From Bacteroidaceae bacterium (GTDB lineage: Bacteria > Bacteroidota > Bacteroidia > Bacteroidales > Barnesiellaceae_A): a stretch of 64,000 bases of DNA. The notes below the pieces were generated by a model, which saw nothing but the letters and a program-made list of their open reading frames with translations, did not search any database and was not told the DNA's origin. The DNA is taken from assembly GCA_017481745.1 (NCBI GenBank), contig JAFUOV010000012.1, positions 28,181-92,180 on the forward strand, given 5' to 3'. Shown here in pieces: positions 46,623 through 54,726 of the stretch; the stretch's first letter is position 1, and each line of letters opens with the position of its first letter. Position numbers and translations under genes: made by a program.

Positions 46623-49556
46623 TTACTTGTATATGATAGATTTGACTTGTGCAAAAAAATCGTCGTTGGGATAGCCTTGCAATAGCACCTCACCATCGGG
46701 CGCAAAAAGTATGAGGTGCGGTATCTTTTCAATATTATATAATTTGGTGTGCGATTGTTGAGCATTGAGTATTTGGGGATAGGGCACTTGATACTGCTCA
46801 ATTATTTGGCGTGAGTCCTCGGGTTTATCCCATGAGGCAACGCCCAGCATATCCAGGCTCTTTGAGTGTCCACGATAGAAGTTGATGAGGTGGGGGATAG
46901 ATTTGAGGCAAGGACCACACCACGATGCCCAGAAGTCTACCAAAACATAACGACCATTGCCTACATAATCGCTCAGCGAAACTTTCGAGCCATCCTCTTG
47001 TGTTACGGTAAAGTCGGCAAATTTGGCATCTTTACTATTTATAATTTCTACTAACTCAATCTCGCAGACAAGCGGTGTGTTGGGAGGTATTACACCTCGT
47101 CCTTCGCTGCCATAGGCTTCTTTCGACGGGATATATACTTTCCACTTTGCTCCCTCTTTCATGTATAAGAGGGCTTCAGTCCAACCGGTTATTACATCTT
47201 CGAGACCAAATTTTGTGGGCTCACCGCCTTTGTTGCTGTCTATGACGTCGCCCTCTACGGTAGAAATGGTATAATAGCATCGTACCTTGTCATTGATATT
47301 GGGCTTGTCGCCTTTACCCTTTTTTATTACTTCATATTGAACACCGACAAGGCTTTTTACACCTTTTCGTTGCTCATTCTCGGCGAAAAAAGCTTCTTCA
47401 TCGAGTTGTAGGTATTTACGACTTGTCCATGCCTCATTGCCGTAGGCATTTGCATATTTTATTCGGGCAAAGTCGCCTTCTACCTCATACACATCAACAA
47501 CTTGGTTGTAGCTGATTGAGCCTACCTGCTCGGCAGATGTCGAGGGCGCTTTGCGCACTTTCATGCCCGACTTGGCGGTGCAAATGTATTTCATCGTTTG
47601 CGGCTCAACAATCTCGATTTTATCCTCAAACTTATCGCCTATGTCGCTCAGCAAGTTATGTCCAAATACCGAAATTATATCTGCTAAACCTATAATTGCT
47701 ACAATGAGGAAAGTCCATACATTATAGAATACAAAGCGAAGGATGTATAGAATTATCTTTGCGACAATATTAATACCTGCAAATATTAATCCCATTACAA
47801 AGAAGCCTATCACACCAAAAATCAGTGCAGCCCAGAAACCTTCGTTTACCCAGTAAGCTATGATGGCTATAACATAGAGTATGAAGATTATTAATGTGAT
47901 GATTGAGGTTACCGATTCGGGGTTATCTTTCCTCTCATCAAACCAGTAGCCTATATCCTCTATCTTGTTCTTAAATCGAGTCCATCCCGATTCGTTGCCA
48001 CTGGTGTTGCGTTGAGGTATTTTGCGGCTACCACCACCGCCTATTTTTACATTCTTGCTGCACAATACCTTGCCATTGTAGCGTATTGTACACTTGATAG
48101 TCTCCGATTCGGTATAGAACTTGCAGTCTTCTCTACCCCAGCCGTTCAAGTGATATTCGCCCGGACCTTGTATGAACACTTCGCAGTCGAAACGTGCACT
48201 TTTTCTATTTTCATATTGATACTCAACCTCAACTGTGATGTTGCCTCGGAAGTTGTTGTCGACAACAATCAAGGGGGTGAGGTATGGAATACCAGTGGGT
48301 ATGGGGTTGCCAAAGTTTACAACGATGTTGCCGTCTTTGTCGGTAGCAGCAAACTTGATGTCGGAAACATGAGGTGCTGTCGATTTTTTGGGGTCTTGTT
48401 GCAGGCTCACTCTGCCTTGCCACAACTTCTTGCCTCGGCATATAAATGTATAATCTACATATTGATAGGTCGAGTATGAAGTACCTGTCTTGCTACCCCA
48501 ACCGGCAATGGTATAGTTTCCTTTACCCTTAAACTCTATTTCGTCGTCATAGTTTACAGTTTCGCCATTCGGATAGCGCATTTTTATCTCAATGGTCTCT
48601 GTGCCATAATACTCGCTGGCAACAATAAGGCGCGGGGTGATATATTGGGTGTCGCTGTATAGTGTCTTACCAAAGTCTTTGATGATGTCGCCTTCGTAGC
48701 TGGTGTTGGCAAATACTACATCCGACAATATCAGCTCCTTGTCGCGCTTGATAGGTGTATGAGTCTCTTTCTTGGGTGTTTTGCGCTCTTCCTTGTGTGT
48801 GGGAATGGGCTCTTTCTTGGGAGGCTTATTCTCTTTGTAGTATTGAGTAATAGCCTTTTTGAATGCATCGAACGTCTCCTTGTTGTCATACACTTTACGT
48901 GCAACACCGCACAGATTTTTGCTCTGTTCTATGATTTCGCGGTTCGACGAGTGTAGCTTGTGAGAGTTTACAAGCACCTTTATCAGCTCGGCAGCCTCTT
49001 CCTTCATCTCGGGCTTGAACATCGGACGTCGCCACATGTCGGCAAGTTGTTCGATAGCTGTAAACTCGTTTGTCTCGAGTAGCGGAGTGATTTCTTCGCT
49101 GCGAAGGAATTGTATGGCTTTGCTCCACTTCTCTACATTCAGCATCATCAGCGCTTCGTTGTGCTGTGGTGTGGGAGTCGGCGTTGGTGTAGGCGTTGGT
49201 GTAGGTGTAGGAGTGGGTGTGGGTACTTTGCGATTGGGTGTCCAACCCATTTCGGTGCGGAACTCGTTGAATGTTTGAGCATCTTTGGTATAGAATGTTG
49301 CAGCTATACCTCTGAAGTTTTTGCTCTTCTCAATAATATCTCGGTTGGAAGAGTGCAGTTTGTCGCAGTTTTTGAGGGTGTTGATGTGAGCTTCGCAAGC
49401 AGCTTTGTTAAATTCGCTGTTTTGCCAAAATTCACAGAGGAATTTTATGGCTGCTTTTTCCTCGTCGGCAAGTTGTTTTACGATGTCGGGGCGTGCAAAG
49501 TATTCACACGCTTTATTCCATTCGGCTATTTTCTGTTTGAGAAGAGTTTTGTCCAT
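46623..49556 (-). CDS. 977-aa multidomain membrane protein. In order: 2 helical repeats, (PT)9 linker, 2 beta-rich repeats, TM cluster, SH3b, FKBP-type PPIase, TlpA-like thioredoxin
   Basis: I chose the ATG at 49554-49556 (MDKTLLKQK) because the ORF-track start lies inside the upstream hairpin. The FKBP pattern is GVQYEVIKKGKGDKP...VITGWTEALLYMKEGAKWKVYIPSKEAYG...IPPNTPLVCEIELVEI. The redoxin motif is VLVDFWASWCGPC (WCGPC is encoded at 46908-46922). The SH3b-like segment is MKVRKAPSTSAEQVGSISYNQVVDVYEVEGDFARIKY. Confidence 0.75.
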   Translation of the reverse strand: MDKTLLKQKIAEWNKACEYFARPDIVKQLADEEKAAIKFLCEFWQNSEFNKAACEAHINTLKNCDKLHSSNRDIIEKSKNFRGIAATFYTKDAQTFNEFRTEMGWTPNRKVPTPTPTPTPTPTPTPTPTPQHNEALMMLNVEKWSKAIQFLRSEEITPLLETNEFTAIEQLADMWRRPMFKPEMKEEAAELIKVLVNSHKLHSSNREIIEQSKNLCGVARKVYDNKETFDAFKKAITQYYKENKPPKKEPIPTHKEERKTPKKETHTPIKRDKELILSDVVFANTSYEGDIIKDFGKTLYSDTQYITPRLIVASEYYGTETIEIKMRYPNGETVNYDDEIEFKGKGNYTIAGWGSKTGTSYSTYQYVDYTFICRGKKLWQGRVSLQQDPKKSTAPHVSDIKFAATDKDGNIVVNFGNPIPTGIPYLTPLIVVDNNFRGNITVEVEYQYENRKSARFDCEVFIQGPGEYHLNGWGREDCKFYTESETIKCTIRYNGKVLCSKNVKIGGGGSRKIPQRNTSGNESGWTRFKNKIEDIGYWFDERKDNPESVTSIITLIIFILYVIAIIAYWVNEGFWAALIFGVIGFFVMGLIFAGINIVAKIILYILRFVFYNVWTFLIVAIIGLADIISVFGHNLLSDIGDKFEDKIEIVEPQTMKYICTAKSGMKVRKAPSTSAEQVGSISYNQVVDVYEVEGDFARIKYANAYGNEAWTSRKYLQLDEEAFFAENEQRKGVKSLVGVQYEVIKKGKGDKPNINDKVRCYYTISTVEGDVIDSNKGGEPTKFGLEDVITGWTEALLYMKEGAKWKVYIPSKEAYGSEGRGVIPPNTPLVCEIELVEIINSKDAKFADFTVTQEDGSKVSLSDYVGNGRYVLVDFWASWCGPCLKSIPHLINFYRGHSKSLDMLGVASWDKPEDSRQIIEQYQVPYPQILNAQQSHTKLYNIEKIPHLILFAPDGEVLLQGYPNDDFFAQVKSIIYK

Positions 49557-49572
49557 TTGTTTTGCTAAAAAT

Positions 49573-49599
49573 GAGGTTGTGTCGTAATGACACAACCTC
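49573..49599 (-). terminator. Intra-operon terminator/attenuator hairpin
   Basis: The minus strand reads gaggttgtgtc-attac-gacacaacctc followed by attttt. It lies between the Hsp70 stop (49636) and the next ATG (49556). Confidence 0.55.
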
Positions 49600-49635
49600 T
49601 GTTATAGTATGTTAGAACGAATGTTTCGTCTTGTT

Positions 49636-51234
49636 TTATACAGTTGCGTTGGCGATGAAGTCTTGCGATTTCTTCAACTCTTCTTCGTCTTTTACGCCGG
49701 CGATTTTGAGCTTGAAGTCTATCACGTCGCTTTCGCGTGTAGCATTAACGCTGAGGATACCCTCGTTGTCGATGCTGAATGTAACCTTGATTTCGGTACC
49801 TTTGGGGTGGTTGCCTGTAATTTTCAATACCGAAATATCCTCTGTTGCCAAGTTGCAGAAGCGGTCTTCTACTGTTTGATCCTTCTCTTCATCGGTAAAG
49901 TCGCTCTCGTAGATAGGCAGTAAAACACCTGTTTGTCCGTCTTGTACGGTTTCAAAAGAACGAGTGCGAGATACGGGAAGAGAAGAGTTGGCAAAGATAA
50001 GGTTACCTACCATGTCTTTATCCAAGCCGAGACCGTAAGTCTTACTTGTTACGTTCACGATGCGAGTGCGTTTTTGTCCGTCGGTGAGAGGTGCAGGTGC
50101 TTCGTCGATAGTACCTTCTTCCCAATCTTTTACTGCTTGAGCGTAAGCCTCATTCATGGCGTAGATGGCAGCACCCTTGGCAACGCACTCGTCGGGGTCG
50201 TTCAAGCGAGTAGGCAAGCCAAATTCGGCTTCTACGCGGTCTTTGATTTGGGGCATACGGCTACTACCACCCACGAGGATGATTTCGTCGATTGTATTGT
50301 AGCCTTTATCCTTGGCGATATCAATAATCTTGCGTGTAGCGTCGATAGTCTCGTTCAAACGGTCTTCTGTGATAGCGTTGAAAGTTTCGCGGGGAAGGTC
50401 GAAGTTGACCGACTTACCTTCGTATGAGAAGTTTACTTTGGCAGTTTGACGAGCCGAGAGGTTCTTTTTCCAGTTCTCGGCGCTGAGCAAGAGGTCGTAG
50501 CGAGCATTGGCGCTGAGAGAGTCGTATTCGTAAGCTGTGCCGTTTTGAGTGTTGAATGTGTTGAGTACATATTTAGCCAACTCGGTATCCCAATCGACAC
50601 CACCCAAGTGGTGGTCGCCACCGGTTGCTACTACCTTGATAGCACCACCGTTTACAACGATGATTGTTACGTCGAATGTACCACCACCAAGGTCGTATAC
50701 CAAGATAGTGCGACGCTCGTCGATCTTCATACCATATGATATGGCGGCTGCTGTGGGCTCGTTGATGATACCCAATACGTTAAGACCAGCACTGATACCG
50801 GCTTGTTTGGTTTGCAAGCGCTCTTTGTTACCAAAGTATGCGGGGCAAGTGATAACGACATCTTTGATAGGCTCGGGGTTGTCGCCCAAGTCGTTGGCAT
50901 CTTGAACAAGTTTTTTCAAGATAAGCGCCGATATCTCAACGGGGTCGCAGTGGTAGGGTGTGGTGTTTTTGCTCTTATCGAAAGCTTCGTCGTTACCAAT
51001 TTGACGTTTGATGAACGAAACAGTTTTTTCGGGCTCAACGGGAAGCATATTCTTTGCCTCTTTACCCACTATCATGTTGCTTTCCGATTCAAAGTATACT
51101 ACCGAAGGTGTTGTTGCATCACCTTCGAAGTTGCGAAGTACGACGGCTTGGTCGTATTTGTCTACTTGCGAGATACAGCTGTATGTTGTACCCAAGTCAA
51201 TGCCGTAAACGGCTCTGCTTTTGTCATTTGCCAT
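49636..51234 (-). CDS. Hsp70-family ATPase, short form lacking the C-terminal helical lid
   Basis: 532 aa with YGIDLGTTYS, VYDLGGGTFDV and ILVGGSSRMPQI, then a beta-sandwich-like region. The protein ends soon after, with no EEVD tail or lid. Confidence 0.85.
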   Translation of the reverse strand: MANDKSRAVYGIDLGTTYSCISQVDKYDQAVVLRNFEGDATTPSVVYFESESNMIVGKEAKNMLPVEPEKTVSFIKRQIGNDEAFDKSKNTTPYHCDPVEISALILKKLVQDANDLGDNPEPIKDVVITCPAYFGNKERLQTKQAGISAGLNVLGIINEPTAAAISYGMKIDERRTILVYDLGGGTFDVTIIVVNGGAIKVVATGGDHHLGGVDWDTELAKYVLNTFNTQNGTAYEYDSLSANARYDLLLSAENWKKNLSARQTAKVNFSYEGKSVNFDLPRETFNAITEDRLNETIDATRKIIDIAKDKGYNTIDEIILVGGSSRMPQIKDRVEAEFGLPTRLNDPDECVAKGAAIYAMNEAYAQAVKDWEEGTIDEAPAPLTDGQKRTRIVNVTSKTYGLGLDKDMVGNLIFANSSLPVSRTRSFETVQDGQTGVLLPIYESDFTDEEKDQTVEDRFCNLATEDISVLKITGNHPKGTEIKVTFSIDNEGILSVNATRESDVIDFKLKIAGVKDEEELKKSQDFIANATV

Positions 51235-51259
51235 AGTTGTATATGTTTTTTATTATTTG

Positions 51260-52060
51260 TTATTCTTTCACAAGTTGATATTTGTAGCAAGCGATGCGTG
51301 CGGGGCGAAGTATTCTTTCTGTGTCCATGTCGCGGAAGCCGCCGTATATTACTTTTGCTATTTTCCTATCATGCGTTTCATCCCCTGTTGTGATGATTTC
51401 AAATGCTTGGTGTGCTTTGGGATTGAAATCGTCGCCTACAGCCGGTAGATAGTATTCTACACCAAAGTCGTTGTATATGCGGTTTTCCAATGCATCGACA
51501 GCGCTCTTGAATTGTGTCATCAAGTCGTTGTAGAGTTGTGTCATATCTGCCTCGCTGTTGTCGAGGTGGTCGAAGTGTGCGTAGGTCTCGAAGAAACGTT
51601 TGTGCAAGTCGAGCATTGCCATCAAATAGGGTTGGGTCAACTTGGCATAGAAGTTGCCGCGGAATTTCTCCAGCTCTTTGTGCATGGCTTTTACGTTCTC
51701 GTCTTGTACGTCGCGGTAGCCAATCAATACTTTCAACTCGTCCGACTTGGCTGTCAACTCCTTGATTGATGCGTTGATGGCTTCAAGCGCAGGAGCGTAG
51801 TCAACTGCTACAACGGGCGCTTCGGGTTGTGCCTCGGGCTCGGTAGGTTGCTCGGGAGTGGGAGTGGGCTCTGCAGTGGGGTCTTGAGGTACTGCTTGCG
51901 CCTTCAGAGCCTCAATGGTTTTCTTTAGATTGAGTATCTCTTCGTCTTTGGCTTTGTTATCTTGTACAAGCTTTTCGCACTCGGCTTTAATGTTCTCGAT
52001 GGTCTGTTCAAATGGAATTTTCTCATTTGAATCGTTCTCTTTTTTTGCAAAGATATTCAT
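51260..52060 (-). CDS. GrpE-like nucleotide-exchange factor
   Basis: It has an N-terminal coiled coil, a Pro/Thr/Glu-rich linker, then a GrpE-like C-terminus (GVEYYLPAVGDDFNPKAHQAFEII...VIYGGFRDMDTERILRPARIACYK). I preferred the ATG at 52060 because the -7 box at 52101-52108 would leave almost no leader for the ATG at 52090. Confidence 0.6.
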   Translation of the reverse strand: MNIFAKKENDSNEKIPFEQTIENIKAECEKLVQDNKAKDEEILNLKKTIEALKAQAVPQDPTAEPTPTPEQPTEPEAQPEAPVVAVDYAPALEAINASIKELTAKSDELKVLIGYRDVQDENVKAMHKELEKFRGNFYAKLTQPYLMAMLDLHKRFFETYAHFDHLDNSEADMTQLYNDLMTQFKSAVDALENRIYNDFGVEYYLPAVGDDFNPKAHQAFEIITTGDETHDRKIAKVIYGGFRDMDTERILRPARIACYKYQLVKE

Positions 52061-52100
52061 GATATAAGGTATTATGTGTTTATTTATCATCTTTACACCA

Positions 52101-52108
52101 CAAAAGTA
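52101..52108 (-). promoter_or_regulatory. -7 box (reverse complement tacttttg) for the GrpE-like/Hsp70 operon
   Basis: caaaagta on the plus strand lies 41 nt upstream of the ATG at 52060. Confidence 0.4.
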
Positions 52109-52183
52109 GTATTATATAGTGTATGATGCCTTGTAGTGGTGTCCCCGTTTGGTTTACACATACGCTATGTAGGTGTCTCTATT

Positions 52184-52393
52184 TTACATTTTGTCTTTAA
52201 TGCATTCGCTGTAATGCTTAAAGAAGTCGTATTTCAAAATGATAGATATGCGCACAAGAACACTTGTGTCGATAGTAGCACGGTCAAATATCTTGTAGAC
52301 ATTGGTGCGGCTACACGGTAGTTGTCGGGCAAGCCACGATACTGTTACGCCCTGCTTTTCAACCTGCTGTCTGATGAGTTGTCCTATATGCAT
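52184..52393 (-). CDS. Small HTH (XRE-like) transcriptional regulator
   Basis: The 69-aa form from the internal ATG reads MHIGQLIRQQVEKQGVTVSWLARQLPCSRTNVYKIF, a helix-turn-helix pattern. It is divergent from the lysis-type cassette. Confidence 0.6.
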   Translation of the reverse strand: MHIGQLIRQQVEKQGVTVSWLARQLPCSRTNVYKIFDRATIDTSVLVRISIILKYDFFKHYSECIKDKM

Positions 52394-52738
52394 ACTATGA
52401 GGTGTTAAAACTATTATCAGTGTATTGCTTCTATCTTGTATACCGGGCAAGGTATGTTTAACGGGTTATGCTTTCTGACTGAAACAGGTGTTCTTGTATA
52501 TTATCTTTAAGTTAAAACTTCGCATTAATATCACAAAATTAGTATTTTAGGCTTTTCTTTAAACATTATAGGTGTATCCTAATAGTTTATATATAAACCA
52601 ATAGAGTACACATTGCATGTAAAACACACTGCCTCGCTGTGTGGTTTGCCTTCTTGGCTATTGGGGGCGGTTGTTTATCAATTCGTTTTATCGCATTAAA
52701 TTCTGTATGGCTGCTTGCATCTTTGCATCAAAAAAGTT

Positions 52739-52975
52739 ATGGCAGAAATAAATAGAATGACGGTGCAGTTGTGGGCGGCTTGCCTCATGTGCGTGGCAGG
52801 ACTGGTGCTCCTCTTTTCGGGCTTCTGGGTCGACCCGGAGGGCGAAATACATAGTAGTGTGCTGGTGGCTTTTGGCGAGGTGCTTACCTTCTCGGGAGCT
52901 TTGTTTGGTGTGGATTATAGTTATAGACGTTGCAATGGAGCTTCGCATGGCGAGAAAGGGGGTGCTGCCACATGA
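52739..52975 (+). CDS. Holin-like small membrane protein (2 TM)
   Basis: 78 aa from the internal ATG, with two hydrophobic helices (VQLWAACLMCVAGLVLLFSGFWV and SSVLVAFGEVLTFSGALFGV). Its stop overlaps the next ATG (ATGA). Confidence 0.5.
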   Translation: MAEINRMTVQLWAACLMCVAGLVLLFSGFWVDPEGEIHSSVLVAFGEVLTFSGALFGVDYSYRRCNGASHGEKGGAAT

Positions 52976-53379
52976 AATACTTTTCGATAGCCGAACTTAC
53001 GGATAGTGCGACAGCTCGGCAGTTGCATATAAACAATAAGCCCGATAATGAGGCTGTGGAGAACCTGAAAGCCCTCGTCGAGAATATTCTTGATCCGGCT
53101 CGTGAGCTGATGGGGGTGCCTGTGCGGGTGAATAGTGGTTATCGCTCGCCGAGGCTCAATCGTGTAGTTGGTGGTGTCGACAATAGTCAGCACATCAAAG
53201 GGGAGGCTGCCGATGTGAGCGCCGGCTCGCCCGAATTGAATAGGCGGTTGTACGAAGTGCTGCTTGATATGCCTTTTGACCAACTGATATGGGAACGTGG
53301 TAGCGACGAAGCGCCTGCTTGGCTGCATGTGAGTTACCGGCGTGATGGTGCAAACAGAGGGGAGGTCTTGCGCTTATGA
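52972..53379 (+). CDS. Peptidase M15-type D-alanyl-D-alanine carboxypeptidase-like metallohydrolase (endolysin-like)
   Basis: 135 aa with FSIAEL...NSGYRSPRLN...SQHIKGEAADV...WLHVS, which matches the zinc-ligand pattern of the M15 (Peptidase_M15_3-like) family. Confidence 0.7.
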   Translation: MKYFSIAELTDSATARQLHINNKPDNEAVENLKALVENILDPARELMGVPVRVNSGYRSPRLNRVVGGVDNSQHIKGEAADVSAGSPELNRRLYEVLLDMPFDQLIWERGSDEAPAWLHVSYRRDGANRGEVLRL

Positions 53380-53813
53380 AACAAATGGGTGTCTTTGCCG
53401 TTGTGATAATCTTTTCGCTCATAATGCTCTCTTGTGTGCGCAAGGTGTATGTGCCGGTTACTGCTCATCGCAGTGAGGTGGTTGTGGTGCGCGATACGGT
53501 GGTAGAGGTGGTAACTGCCGGCGAAATGTATAAAAACAGCACAACCGATACGGTGAGTGTGTTGAGCTGTGATAGGGCTTTTAGCATTGCTCAAATAGCA
53601 CAAGGTGTATTGTCGCATACTTTGTCTATACAGCCTCGGCGCGATAGTGTCGTGCTGCGGTGGCGCGAAGTACATACAACCGATTCTGTGCCATATCTTG
53701 TGCCGGTGCCGGGCGAGAGGGTAGAGGTAATACCCTCATGGATGTGGTGTGTAACAGGGGTGTTGTTAATCATGGTTTTATCTCTGCTGTTGTTGTATCG
53801 GTGGCGCGTGTAA
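53376..53813 (+). CDS. Unimolecular-spanin-like protein (N-terminal lipobox + C-terminal TM)
   Basis: 145 aa with a lipobox (LIMLSC) and a C-terminal TM (WMWCVTGVLLIMVLSLLLLY). Its start overlaps the previous stop (ATGA). Confidence 0.5.
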   Translation: MKQMGVFAVVIIFSLIMLSCVRKVYVPVTAHRSEVVVVRDTVVEVVTAGEMYKNSTTDTVSVLSCDRAFSIAQIAQGVLSHTLSIQPRRDSVVLRWREVHTTDSVPYLVPVPGERVEVIPSWMWCVTGVLLIMVLSLLLLYRWRV

Positions 53814-53980
53814 TTGCTACTCGGCGTGGGGCTTTTTAACTCCTATTTGTATCCTAATGGTGTATCATGATAAAAAAATCAGTGTGAAATTTCGTATATC
53901 AAAAGAAAACTATTAATTTTGTCGGTCGAATGAAAAAAATACATTCGAGTTGGAAAAAGGAATAAAAAATAATACAGAAT

Positions 53981-54640
53981 ATGGCAGAACAAAAAAAGGA
54001 CGAAATGGTAAATGAAGTTGTTTCGTCATCAGAAAAATTCTTAGTGAAAAATCAAAAGACAATTATCACTGTCTTAGTAGCAATCATTGCTGTTGTAGCA
54101 ATCTTTTTGGCTGTAAAACATTTCTATCTCGAACCCCGCGAAGTGAAGGCTCAAGAGGCTTTGTTCCAACCTGTGTTGGCATTTGAACAAGACTCGCTCG
54201 ACCTCGCGTTGAATGGTAACGCCGAGTGGGATGGTTTGCTTGCTGTAGTTGACAACTACGGTTCGACACAAGCCGGTAATCTTGCTTGCGCTTATGCCGG
54301 TTTGGCATACTATGCAAAAGGTGAGTATGAGAATGCACAACAATACTTGAGCAAGTTTGCTGCCGACGAGGCTTTGCTTTCGCCCGCTATTACCGCTACT
54401 ATTGGTAATGCTCTTGTCAATATGGACAAGGCTGCCGATGCAGTGAAATACTTTGAGAAAGCTGCTAAAGTTGCAGACAACGATGTATTCTCGCCTCTCT
54501 ATTTGATGAAGGCTGCCAACGTTTATGAGAAGCTTGGCGATAAAGCTGCTGCTTTGAAAGTTTATGAGCAAATCAAAAACAATTATCCTACATCGCAAGA
54601 AGCTGCACAAGTTGAGGCTTTGATTGAGCGTGCAAAATAA
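53981..54640 (+). CDS. Membrane-anchored TPR-like protein (YfgM-like)
   Basis: 219 aa with a single N-terminal TM ([18 protein letters not shown]) followed by Ala-rich TPR-like helices. Confidence 0.55.
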   Translation: MAEQKKDEMVNEVVSSSEKFLVKNQKTIITVLVAIIAVVAIFLAVKHFYLEPREVKAQEALFQPVLAFEQDSLDLALNGNAEWDGLLAVVDNYGSTQAGNLACAYAGLAYYAKGEYENAQQYLSKFAADEALLSPAITATIGNALVNMDKAADAVKYFEKAAKVADNDVFSPLYLMKAANVYEKLGDKAAALKVYEQIKNNYPTSQEAAQVEALIERAK

Positions 54641-54661
54641 TAAACTATTATAACGATTTAC

Positions 54662-54707
54662 AAGGGCTGTTCTCTCTTTTGCAAGATGCAGACAGCCCTT
54701 TATTTTT
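54662..54707 (+). terminator. Terminator-like hairpin between the TPR gene and ribH
   Basis: aagggctgt-(21 nt)-acagccctt is followed by tattttt. Confidence 0.4.
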
Positions 54708-54726
54708 CACTTTACCAATATTTAAT

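Noticed and set aside
49598-49612. An identical 15-mer, tctgttatagtatgt, occurs here and at 56382-56396. Both copies directly abut a terminator hairpin just downstream of a minus-strand gene.
   Set aside because: By my estimate, one to a few identical 15-mers are expected by chance among about 2x10^9 position pairs in 64 kb (4^15 is about 1.1x10^9). The flanking hairpins are unrelated in sequence. It is worth a genome-wide count but is not evidence on its own.
46623-53813. I considered whether the Hsp70/lysis block is a prophage or integrative element, possibly targeted to the nearby tRNA-Tyr.
   Set aside because: There are no integrase, recombinase, capsid, tail or terminase genes. I could see no flanking direct repeats. 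The tRNA at 55373 is separated from the block by two housekeeping genes.
54641-54726. I considered an FMN riboswitch upstream of ribH.
   Set aside because: The gap is only 86 nt and is occupied by a simple terminator-like hairpin. That is too short for an FMN aptamer of about 140 nt, and the conserved aptamer motifs are absent.
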